Source: a virus (Duplodnaviria > Heunggongvirae > Uroviricota > Caudoviricetes). From it: a stretch of 35,292 bases of DNA. The stretch lies in IMG/VR virus record IMGVR_UViG_2802429231_000009, one strand, 5' to 3'. The position numbers were made by a program, and so were the translations under genes. Below the pieces are notes generated by a model. The model did no database searches, was not told the DNA's origin, and was given only the letters and a program-made list of their open reading frames with translations. Shown one piece after another: positions 18,892 through 27,354 of this stretch; position 1 is the stretch's first letter; the number at the start of each line of letters is the position of its first letter.

Positions 18892-19470
18892 ATGAACGCA
18901 CAATTAACCGAAATCATGCGCCTTATCACCAACCTGATCCGCACAGGGGTAGTCACCGAAGTGGACAGGGAAAACTGGCTTTGCCGGGTGAAAACGGGCG
19001 AGCTTGAAACCAACTGGATCAGCTGGCTGACGCTGCGTGCCGGGAATGCCCGTACATGGTGGCGACCATCGGAAGGTGAGCAGGTGGTGCTGCTGAGTCT
19101 GGGCGGCAATCTGGAAACCGCCTTTGCGCTGCCCGCTGTCTATTCGAATCAGTTCGCACCACCGTCGACGTCGGCGGACGCCTGCGTGACAGAACATCCT
19201 GACGGTGGCTGGTTTGAATACGAACCCGCCACCGGGCGCTGGTATGTCAGGGGCATCAAATCAATGGTCATTGAGGCTGCTGACAACATCACCATGAAAA
19301 CCAGTGAGTTTGTACTGGAGGCTGACCGCACGCGCATTAACAGCGAAGTGGTGATCAATGGTGGCGTTACCCAGGGCGGCGGAGCGATGAGTTCTAACGG
19401 GATCGTGGTTGATGCGCATCAGCATACTGGCGTCCTGAAAGGCGGCGATACAACCGGAGGCCCGGTATGA
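18892..19470 (+). CDS. V: Baseplate spike protein V (P2 gpV-like)
   Basis: 192 aa; synteny. Confidence 0.8.
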   Translation: MNAQLTEIMRLITNLIRTGVVTEVDRENWLCRVKTGELETNWISWLTLRAGNARTWWRPSEGEQVVLLSLGGNLETAFALPAVYSNQFAPPSTSADACVTEHPDGGWFEYEPATGRWYVRGIKSMVIEAADNITMKTSEFVLEADRTRINSEVVINGGVTQGGGAMSSNGIVVDAHQHTGVLKGGDTTGGPV

Positions 19471-19826
19471 CGCTTTATAGCGGGATGAACAATACCAGCG
19501 GCAAAGTCATTACTGATATTGATCATCTGCGCCAGTCGGTGCGGGACATTCTGCTGACACCGCAGGGTAGCCGTATTGCCCGCCGGGAATATGGTTCCCT
19601 GCTGTCGGCACTGATAGATCAGCCACAAAATCCGGCATTACGCCTGCAGGTCATGTCGGCAGTGTATGTGGCGCTGAGTCGCTGGGAGCCACGGTTGACG
19701 CTGGATTCCATCACCATCAACAGCAATTTTGACGGTTCAATGGTGGTGGAGCTGACCGGGCGGCGGAATAACGGTGTGCCTGTGTCCCTTTCCGTATCAA
19801 CAGGAGCAGAGAATGGCAGTGATTGA
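19467..19826 (+). CDS. W: Baseplate protein W (gp25-like)
   Basis: 119 aa; synteny. Confidence 0.8.
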   Translation: MTLYSGMNNTSGKVITDIDHLRQSVRDILLTPQGSRIARREYGSLLSALIDQPQNPALRLQVMSAVYVALSRWEPRLTLDSITINSNFDGSMVVELTGRRNNGVPVSLSVSTGAENGSD

Positions 19827-20721
19827 CCTTTCGCAGTTGCCTGCACCGCAGATTGTGGATGTGCCGGACTTTGAGACGCTGCTTGCCGAACGCAAGGCAG
19901 AATTTGTGGCGCTTCATCCGAAAGATGAGCAGGAAGCAGTGATCCGCACGCTGGAACTGGAATCTGAACCCGCCACTAAATTGTTGCAGGAGAACGCTTA
20001 CCGTGAGTTGCTTCTGCGCCAGCGTATTAACGAAGCCGCGCAGGCGGTGATGGTGGCTTACGCGATGGGCGGCGATCTTGACCAGCTCGCTGCCAACTAC
20101 AACGTGACACGCCTGACGGTGACGCCTGCTGATAATGATGCTGTGCCGCCCGTTGCAGCTGTGATGGAAAGCGATGAAGCGTTGCGCCTGCGTGTGCCTG
20201 CAGCCTTTGAAGGGCTTTCTGTTGCGGGGCCAACTGCAGCTTATGAATTTCATGCCCGAAGCGCCGACGGTCGGGTGGCGGATGCCAGTGCAACCAGCCC
20301 GGCACCTGCAGAGGTGGTGCTGACTGTCCTTAGCCGCGAAGGCGATGGAACTGCAGAAAAAGACCTGCTGGACGTGGTGGAAAAAGCTCTGAACAGTGAG
20401 AACGTCCGCCCGGTGGCTGACCGTCTTACGGTTCGCAGCGCAGAAATCATCCCGTATCGCGTGGAAGCCACCATTTTTCTCTATCCGGGACCGGAAGCAG
20501 AGCCGGTAATGGCAGCGGCAAAAGCCAGTCTGCAGAAGTACATTGCCAGCCAGACGAGGCTTGGTCGGGATATTCGCCGTAGCGCCATCTTTGCTGCTCT
20601 GCATGTTGAGGGTGTTCAACGTGTGGAACTGGCTTCTCCGCTGGCGGATGTGGTCCTGAACAAAACACAGGCGGCATCATGTACGCAGTGGAGCGTAACC
20701 AACGGAGGAACGGATGAATAG
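19813..20721 (+). CDS. J: Baseplate protein J (P2 gpJ-like)
   Basis: ATG at 19813, N-terminus MAVIDLSQLP; 302 aa. Confidence 0.8.
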   Translation: MAVIDLSQLPAPQIVDVPDFETLLAERKAEFVALHPKDEQEAVIRTLELESEPATKLLQENAYRELLLRQRINEAAQAVMVAYAMGGDLDQLAANYNVTRLTVTPADNDAVPPVAAVMESDEALRLRVPAAFEGLSVAGPTAAYEFHARSADGRVADASATSPAPAEVVLTVLSREGDGTAEKDLLDVVEKALNSENVRPVADRLTVRSAEIIPYRVEATIFLYPGPEAEPVMAAAKASLQKYIASQTRLGRDIRRSAIFAALHVEGVQRVELASPLADVVLNKTQAASCTQWSVTNGGTDE

Positions 20722-21319
20722 TCTGCTGCCACCGGGTTCAACTTCACTGGAGCGCCGACTGGCGCAAACCTGTAGCGGGATTTCTGATTTGCAGGTGCCG
20801 CTGCGTGACTTGTGGAATCCGGCTACCTGTCCGGTCAGCTTCCTGCCTTATCTCGCCTGGGCGTTCTCTGTGGATCGCTGGGACGAGGGCTGGACAGAAA
20901 GCGTCAAACGCCAGGTAGTGAAGGATGCTTTTTATATTCATCAGCATAAAGGAACCACCAGTGCCGTGCGGCGGGTGGTGGAACCGTTCGGATTCCTGAT
21001 CCGCATTATTGAGTGGTGGCAGACTGGAGAAACACCGGGCACGTTTCGCCTGGACATCGGCGTGCAGGACCAGGGCATCACTGAAGATACCTATCTGGAA
21101 CTTGAGCGGCTGATAAGCGATGCCAAACCATGTAGCCGTCACATGATCGGCATGTCCATCAATCTGCAAACCAGTGGCCCGCACTGGGTAGGGGCCGCCA
21201 GCTATCTTGGTGAAGAAATCACGATCTATCCGTATATCAACGAAACAATTATTTCTGGCGGCACCGCGCATGAAGGCGGGGCGGTCCATGTTATTGACAC
21301 AATGAGAGTGAATCCATGA
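20714..21319 (+). CDS. I: Tail protein I (P2 gpI-like)
   Basis: 201 aa; overlaps J stop. Confidence 0.75.
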   Translation: MNSLLPPGSTSLERRLAQTCSGISDLQVPLRDLWNPATCPVSFLPYLAWAFSVDRWDEGWTESVKRQVVKDAFYIHQHKGTTSAVRRVVEPFGFLIRIIEWWQTGETPGTFRLDIGVQDQGITEDTYLELERLISDAKPCSRHMIGMSINLQTSGPHWVGAASYLGEEITIYPYINETIISGGTAHEGGAVHVIDTMRVNP

Positions 21320-22845
21320 GCACAAAATTTTATACCCTGCTGACGGATATTGGCGCGGCGAAACTTGCCAGCGCCGCCGCGCTCGGTGTGCCGTTAAAAA
21401 TTACCCATATGGCGGTCGGCGATGGCGGCGGAACATTACCAACGCCGGACGCAAAGCAGACTGCACTGGTAAATGAGAAACGCCGGGCTGCGCTGAATAT
21501 GCTCTATATCGACCCGCAAAACAGCAGCCAGATTATTGCTGAACAGGTGATCCCTGAAAACGAGGGCGGTTGGTGGATACGTGAAGTGGGCCTGTTTGAT
21601 GAATCCGGGGCATTGATTGCCGTGGGCAACTGCCCGGAAAGCTATAAGCCGCAACTGGCTGAAGGCAGCGGGCGCACCCAGACCGTGCGCATGGTGTTGA
21701 TTACCAGCAGCACGGACAATATCACCCTGAAAATCGACCCTGCCGTCGTGCTGGCAACCCGCAAGTATGTGGATGATAAGGTACTGGAGCTGAAGGTGTA
21801 CGTGGATGATCAGATGGCAAAACATCTTGCAGCACCGGACCCGCATTCACAGTATGCACCCAAAGAAAGTCCTACGTTTACCGGGACACCCAAAGCGCCA
21901 ACGCCAGCGGCGGGGAATAATACCACGCAGGTTGCGACCACCGCGTTTGTTCAGGCGGCACTGACGGCTCTTATTAATGGTGCGCCAGCCACGCTGGACA
22001 CGCTGAAAGAAATTGCCGCAGCCATAAACAATGACCCGAAATTCAGTACCACCATTAACAATGCGCTGGCACTGAAAGCGCCGCTGTCGAGTCCGGCACT
22101 CACCGGAACGCCAACCGCACCGACTGCGGCACAGTCGGTCAACAATACACAGATTGCCACCACGGCATTTGTGAAATCGGCGATTGCGGCAATGGTGGGT
22201 TCTGCACCTGCGGCACTGGATACACTGAACGAACTGGCGGCGGCGCTGGGGAATGACCCGAACTTTGCCACGACAATGCTTAATGCACTGGCAGGTAAAC
22301 AACCGCTGGACAATACGCTGACTAATTTGAGTGGAAAGGATGTTGCTGGTCTTCTCGCATACCTTGGTTTGGGAGAAGGTTCTGCATTACCTGTAGGAGT
22401 ACCAGTTCCGTGGCCTTCAGCCACTCTGCCGACAGGCTGGTTGAAATGCAATGGCGCTGCCTTTGATAAGGTTAAATATCCCCGTCTTGCTACAGCATAT
22501 CCATCAGGGAAACTACCTGATCTCCGTGGTGAGTTTATTCGTGGCTGGGATGACGGACGAGGCGTTGATGCTGGACGTGCTTTATTGAGCATTCAGACTG
22601 GGATGCTGGAAAAACATCGCCATATTGTTGTTGCCAACGATGGGTATGATTCAAAAGAGGAATGGGAACTGGCGACAATCTTCAGAAGAGCATACACGCA
22701 AGGCCGGGGGCTTGATGCTGCTGATGTCGGAGGGACTCTGATTCCATCACCAACGCTACATACACGAGGGAGTATTGGTAACACAGGTGGAAGCGAAACC
22801 CGTCCGCGAAATATTGCATTTAACTTTATCGTGAGGGCTGCATAA
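21316..22845 (+). CDS. H: Tail fibre protein H
   Basis: 509 aa with a conserved-looking N-terminal domain, tandem Ala/Thr-rich repeats (TTAFV...DTL...AAA..NDP.F.TT) and a distinct C-terminal domain. Confidence 0.8.
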   Translation: MSTKFYTLLTDIGAAKLASAAALGVPLKITHMAVGDGGGTLPTPDAKQTALVNEKRRAALNMLYIDPQNSSQIIAEQVIPENEGGWWIREVGLFDESGALIAVGNCPESYKPQLAEGSGRTQTVRMVLITSSTDNITLKIDPAVVLATRKYVDDKVLELKVYVDDQMAKHLAAPDPHSQYAPKESPTFTGTPKAPTPAAGNNTTQVATTAFVQAALTALINGAPATLDTLKEIAAAINNDPKFSTTINNALALKAPLSSPALTGTPTAPTAAQSVNNTQIATTAFVKSAIAAMVGSAPAALDTLNELAAALGNDPNFATTMLNALAGKQPLDNTLTNLSGKDVAGLLAYLGLGEGSALPVGVPVPWPSATLPTGWLKCNGAAFDKVKYPRLATAYPSGKLPDLRGEFIRGWDDGRGVDAGRALLSIQTGMLEKHRHIVVANDGYDSKEEWELATIFRRAYTQGRGLDAADVGGTLIPSPTLHTRGSIGNTGGSETRPRNIAFNFIVRAA

Positions 22846-23447
22846 TGGATAACGCTGTATTAAATAGCGAGCTTATTGCCACGAAGGCGGGGAATATTAC
22901 TGTCTATAACTATGATGGAGAAACACGGGAATATATTTCCACTTCAAATGAATATCTTGCCGTTGGTGTCGGTATCCCGGCATATTCCTGTTTAGATGCT
23001 CCTGGCACATATAAGGCTGGTTATGCAATCTGCCGTTCAGTAGATTTAAACTCATGGGAATATATGCCAGACCATCGCGGTGAAATTATCTATAGCACCG
23101 AAACAGGAGAAGCAAAAGAAATCACGGTGCCGGGTAATTATCCTGAAAATACAACCACTATCGCCCCGTTAACGCCATACGATAAATGGGATGGTGAGAA
23201 ATGGGTGACGGATACCGAGGCACAGCATAGCGCCGCAGTAGACGCAGCAGAAGCACAGCGTCAGTCACTGATTGATGCTGCAATGGCTTCCATTAGTCTG
23301 ATTCAGTTGAAATTGCAGGCCGGGCGGAAGCTGATGCAGGCAGAGACCACCCGACTTAACACTGTGCTGGATTACATCGATGCGGTGACGACAACGGATA
23401 CCAGCACTGCGCCGGATGTCATCTGGCCTGAACTGTCGGAGGCGTAG
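22845..23447 (+). CDS. G: Tail fibre assembly chaperone G (Tfa)
   Basis: 200 aa; start in TAATG overlap with H; C-terminus ...TSTAPDVIWPELSEA typical of Tfa proteins. Confidence 0.8.
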   Translation: MDNAVLNSELIATKAGNITVYNYDGETREYISTSNEYLAVGVGIPAYSCLDAPGTYKAGYAICRSVDLNSWEYMPDHRGEIIYSTETGEAKEITVPGNYPENTTTIAPLTPYDKWDGEKWVTDTEAQHSAAVDAAEAQRQSLIDAAMASISLIQLKLQAGRKLMQAETTRLNTVLDYIDAVTTTDTSTAPDVIWPELSEA

Positions 23448-23640
23448 GTCATTCAATATCTGGAGCACGGGGTGTATCGACCAGTTCTAGTGCATCCAGA
23501 TAACTCACCCACGAATTATATTGTTCCAGTTCGCCACCTTTCAGGCGATAAATAGCTGCTTTATCAGACCATTGCTTACTGTTTATAAACTCGTTAGCCT
23601 AGTCTATTCGCAGTTGTTTCTCTGCTTCGGTAGCAACCAC
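23448..23640 (-). pseudogene. Inverted 3' fragment of an alternative tail fibre assembly gene
   Basis: Minus-strand translation gives ...VVATEAEKQLRID*ANEFINSKQWSDKAAIYRLKGGELEQYNSWVSYLDALELVDTPRAPDIE* with an internal stop and no start. Confidence 0.5.
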
Positions 23641-23690
23641 AATCTCATATAAATTAAACTAATAAGTTTTTATTAAAAGTAAGATAGATG

Positions 23691-23712
23691 CCACCATTTT
23701 ATATAAATGGTG
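23691..23712. terminator. Hairpin downstream of the 290-aa cargo gene
   Basis: CCACCATTT-TATATA-AATGGTGG perfect inverted repeat just 3' of the minus-strand gene. Confidence 0.3.
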
Positions 23713-23720
23713 GTTCGCAG

Positions 23721-24593
23721 TTAACTAGCATGTAATAAGTTGAACAGGTTTTTAGTTACTTCGTTTTTAGTACTAAAAAACATATCTTTAAGGTCCGGTA
23801 ATGCAAAGGCAGCATTTTGGTCATTCGGTACAACAATAGGAGGCTCATATCCGTTGTCATACATTTTCTTTAAAGCGGCTACTATTTTTGTCTGATTTTG
23901 ACTGAATTCTTTCATGTCAATAAAAATTTCTCCAGATAGGGTCCCATCATCTTCACGTAGTATCGCTGGTTTGACACGACATATCTGATCCATTTCTCCA
24001 GTAGAAAAACCGGCAATCGCTGCATTAAATAACAAAGATGAAGTAGCCCATTTTTCATATAGTTTTTTGATAGCCATGCTTCTGATTTTTTTATCGTTGA
24101 TATATCCAATGCCACTGGCCAAAACTTCGGTTAATGGATTTTCCCCGCGAGTTACTCCAGACCAATAGTTGTGCATCCAGGGCGCATTTTGCTCAAGCGG
24201 AGAGCCGAGATAATCAGTGATCCACTCTGAGTCCACCTCTGTAAAGTTCAAACCATGAAAATCAATTTCTGCAATAGTGTTTTTATAGTTTTGATTTAAA
24301 CCCAAACGGTCAATTGCTATTTCAGCCATTTCTTTTGTTTTGAATAGATATATTCCGGTTAGGCGGGAAACTTTATCTCTGAAATTGTCTGAGCGTACCT
24401 TTTCAAGAGCTAACTCATTTTGTAATTTTTCATTGTGATTATCTGATAAGTATTTTCTTACTAGATTGTAGAACCAAATAGATACTCCAAACTCACTTTT
24501 ATAACAGATTGATTCAATTCTTCCTATTGCAACCTCCCAGGCAACAATTGGATTGTTTAAATTTAAGTAAGCATATAGTTTTCTCTGTTCCAT
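23721..24593 (-). CDS. Uncharacterised 290-aa cargo protein at the P2 Z/fun-equivalent position
   Basis: AT-rich ORF with AAGGAAAA RBS; lies between tail fibre genes and sheath gene; no family recognised. Confidence 0.6.
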   Translation of the reverse strand: MEQRKLYAYLNLNNPIVAWEVAIGRIESICYKSEFGVSIWFYNLVRKYLSDNHNEKLQNELALEKVRSDNFRDKVSRLTGIYLFKTKEMAEIAIDRLGLNQNYKNTIAEIDFHGLNFTEVDSEWITDYLGSPLEQNAPWMHNYWSGVTRGENPLTEVLASGIGYINDKKIRSMAIKKLYEKWATSSLLFNAAIAGFSTGEMDQICRVKPAILREDDGTLSGEIFIDMKEFSQNQTKIVAALKKMYDNGYEPPIVVPNDQNAAFALPDLKDMFFSTKNEVTKNLFNLLHAS

Positions 24594-24753
24594 TTTTATT
24601 TTCCTTATAGATGCTATGAAGGTTATTATTACATAAATGTTCGATAAATGTTTTTAAGTTTTAACTTCGTTTCGGTGCCAATAAATATACATTACAAGTG
24701 AAATTTATCAAGGTAACAAAAGGAGAGCTAATGCTAATAGGCTATGTACTCCA

Positions 24754-25023
24754 ATGGGCCGTTTCTTTTTTCATGTCATGGGTGCCCTGGCTGAAATGGA
24801 ACGCGAACTGATAGTTGAACGTACCAGGGCGGGGCTTGCTGCAGCTCGCGCCAAAGGCAGAGTAGGTGGACGCCGTCCTAAGTTGACCATCGAACAGTGG
24901 GCACAGATTGGACGCTTACTCGAGGCCGGAGAATCAAGACAGCGTATTGCACTGATTTTTGATGTGGGTGTTTCCACAATTTATAGAAAATTTCCGGCAA
25001 ATAAGAGTAATGAATCTCCCTGA
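24754..25023 (+). pseudogene. Serine DNA invertase (Hin/Gin/Pin/Cin family), C-terminal fragment only
   Basis: FFHVMGALAEMERELIVERTRAGLAAARAKGRVGGRRPKLT...VSTIYRKFP matches the C-terminal HTH region of invertases; catalytic N-terminal domain absent. Confidence 0.6.
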
Positions 25024-25071
25024 ATCAGCATTATTTTGATTATCCCTGCAAGTAGACAAATACCGTCATTT

Positions 25072-25089
25072 TGTGTGAATAACGGTACA
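25072..25089. promoter_or_regulatory. Ogr-type late promoter activator site (TGT-N12-ACA)
   Basis: TGTGTGAATAACGGTACA upstream of the sheath gene. Confidence 0.5.
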
Positions 25090-25165
25090 ACTGCGCTTAG
25101 CTGTTTGTCAGGCACAATCACTTCAACATAGGGCGAAGCCTAATCCAATCAGGAGGTTCGCCACT

Positions 25166-26338
25166 ATGGCTCAGGATTACCACCACGGGGTGCGCGTTGT
25201 TGAAGTCAACGAAGGCACCCGATCCATTACCACGGTGAGCACCGCCATCGTGGGCATGGTCTGCACGGGCGATGATGCCGATGCAAAAATGTTTCCTCTT
25301 AATAAACCCGTGCTGATCACTGATGTACTGACCGCCAGCGGTAAAGCGGGTGAGTCCGGCACGCTGGCCCGTTCGCTGGATGCCATCGCTGACCAGGCAA
25401 AACCCGTGACCGTTGTTGTGCGTGTGCCGCAGGGTGAAACGGAAGAAGAAACCACGACTAATATTATCGGCGCAGTGACCGCTGAAGGTAAAAAAACAGG
25501 CATGAAAGCCCTGTTATCTGCCCAGACACAGCTCGGCGTTAAACCGCGCATTCTCGGCGTGCCAGGTCACGATAACAAAGCCGTTGCGACTGAGTTGCTG
25601 AGCGTGGCGCAAAGCCTGCGTGGGTTTGCTTACCTGTCAGCGTATGGCTGCAAGACGGTACAGGAGGCGATCACTTACCGTGAAAACTTCAGCCAGCGCG
25701 AAGGGATGCTGATCTGGCCTGACTTTACTGGCTGGGACACGGTGCTGAATGACGAAGCAACGGCATATGCCACCGCCCGTGCGCTCGGTCTGCGCGCCAA
25801 AATTGATGAGCAGACCGGGTGGCACAAGAGCCTGTCCAACGTAGGCGTGAACGGTGTCACCGGAATTTCTGCTGATGTGTTCTGGGATCTGCAGGACCCG
25901 GCAACCGATGCAGGTCTGCTTAACCAGAACGACGTCACCACCCTTATCCGCAAGGACGGTTTCCGCTTCTGGGGTTCCCGCTGTCTGAGTGATGATCCGC
26001 TCTTTGCCTTCGAAAACTACACCCGCACGGCGCAGGTGCTGACGGACACGATGGCAGAAGCGCACATGTGGGCGGTGGACAAACCGCTTAACCCGTCGCT
26101 GGCCCGCGACATTATCGAAGGTATCCGCGCCAAAATGCGCAGTCTGGTAAGCCAGGGCTATCTCATTGGTGGTGATTGCTGGCTGGATGAGTCGGTGAAC
26201 GACAAAGACACGCTGAAAGCCGGAAAACTCACCATCGACTATGACTACACGCCAGTGCCGCCACTTGAAAATCTGATGCTGCGCCAGCGCATCACCGATC
26301 AGTACCTGGTGAATTTCGCCAGCCAGGTCAGCGCGTAA
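25166..26338 (+). CDS. FI: Tail sheath protein (P2 FI-like)
   Basis: 390 aa; AGGAGG RBS; synteny. Confidence 0.85.
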   Translation: MAQDYHHGVRVVEVNEGTRSITTVSTAIVGMVCTGDDADAKMFPLNKPVLITDVLTASGKAGESGTLARSLDAIADQAKPVTVVVRVPQGETEEETTTNIIGAVTAEGKKTGMKALLSAQTQLGVKPRILGVPGHDNKAVATELLSVAQSLRGFAYLSAYGCKTVQEAITYRENFSQREGMLIWPDFTGWDTVLNDEATAYATARALGLRAKIDEQTGWHKSLSNVGVNGVTGISADVFWDLQDPATDAGLLNQNDVTTLIRKDGFRFWGSRCLSDDPLFAFENYTRTAQVLTDTMAEAHMWAVDKPLNPSLARDIIEGIRAKMRSLVSQGYLIGGDCWLDESVNDKDTLKAGKLTIDYDYTPVPPLENLMLRQRITDQYLVNFASQVSA

Positions 26339-26347
26339 GGGGACAAC

Positions 26348-26863
26348 ATGGCTTTACCACGCAAATTAAAACACCTGAACCTGTTTAACGACGGGAACAA
26401 CTGGCAGGGGATCGTTGAGTCGCTGACGCTGCCGAAATTCACCCGCAAATATGAGAAGTATCGCGGCGGCGGAATGCCGGGTGCAGTGGATGTGGATCTG
26501 GGGCTTGATGACAGTGCGCTGGACACAGAATTTTCCATTGGTGGTACTGAACTGCTGCTGTTTAAACAGATGGGCAAAGCCACGGTGGATGGCATCCAGC
26601 TGCGCTTTACCGGCTCTATCCAGCGTGACGATACCGGGGAAGTGCAGGCCGTGGAGCTTGTGGTGCGTGGACGTCACAAAGAAGTGGATTCCGGTGAGTG
26701 GAAGACGGGCGAAAGCAACACCACCAAAGTGACCAGTACCAACAGCTACGCGAAGCTGACCATCAATGGTGAGGTGCTCTATGAAGTGGACCTCATCAAC
26801 ATGGTGGAAATTGTGGACGGTGTGGACCTGATGGAAGCGCACCGCAACGCCCTCGGCCTCTGA
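26348..26863 (+). CDS. FII: Tail tube protein (P2 FII-like)
   Basis: 171 aa; synteny. Confidence 0.85.
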   Translation: MALPRKLKHLNLFNDGNNWQGIVESLTLPKFTRKYEKYRGGGMPGAVDVDLGLDDSALDTEFSIGGTELLLFKQMGKATVDGIQLRFTGSIQRDDTGEVQAVELVVRGRHKEVDSGEWKTGESNTTKVTSTNSYAKLTINGEVLYEVDLINMVEIVDGVDLMEAHRNALGL

Positions 26864-26917
26864 TGTATCTGAACGGCGCGGGATTCCGCGCCAGAACCCA
26901 ATTTACAGGACAACAAA

Positions 26918-27220
26918 ATGAGCGATAAGCAGACTGAAAAGACCATTCAACTGGATACCCCCATCAAGCGCGGAAAAACGGAAATCACCGAAATTGTGCT
27001 GCGTAAACCGCAGTCCGGTGCGCTGCGCGGTACACGCCTGCAGGCCATTATGGATATGGATGTGAATGCGATGATGACCGTGATCCCCCGCATCTCCAGT
27101 CCGGCACTGACTGCACAGGAAATTGCAGAGATGGACCCGGCAGATCTCACTGCCATGTCGGTTGAGGTTGTCATTTTTTTGTTGAAGAAGTCGGTGCTTG
27201 CCGGTTTACCGACAGCCTGA
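26918..27220 (+). CDS. E: Tail assembly chaperone E
   Basis: 100 aa, directly upstream of the tape measure gene; contains the T-TTT-TTG slippery site. Confidence 0.75.
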   Translation: MSDKQTEKTIQLDTPIKRGKTEITEIVLRKPQSGALRGTRLQAIMDMDVNAMMTVIPRISSPALTAQEIAEMDPADLTAMSVEVVIFLLKKSVLAGLPTA

Positions 27221-27354
27221 CGGTTGACGATCTGGTGGCTGATATCGCCACCATCTTTCACTGGCCGCCATCCGTTACTGACGTTATGCCGCTGACCGAA
27301 GTGCTGGAATGGCGGTATAAAGCGATTCAGAGAAGCGGGGCCAACGATGAGTGA
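26918..27354 (+). CDS. Tail assembly chaperone E+E' (-1 programmed frameshift product)
   Basis: Slippery site at 27175-27181; the -1 frame stays open from 27181 to a TGA at 27352-27354 without its own start codon. Confidence 0.55.

Noticed and set aside
19717-20619. 300-aa minus-strand ORF
   Set aside because: Antisense to baseplate gene J; Arg/Cys/His-rich, not protein-like.
21951-22592. 213-aa minus-strand ORF (and 21847-22302)
   Set aside because: Antisense to the repeat region of tail fibre gene H; low-complexity composition.
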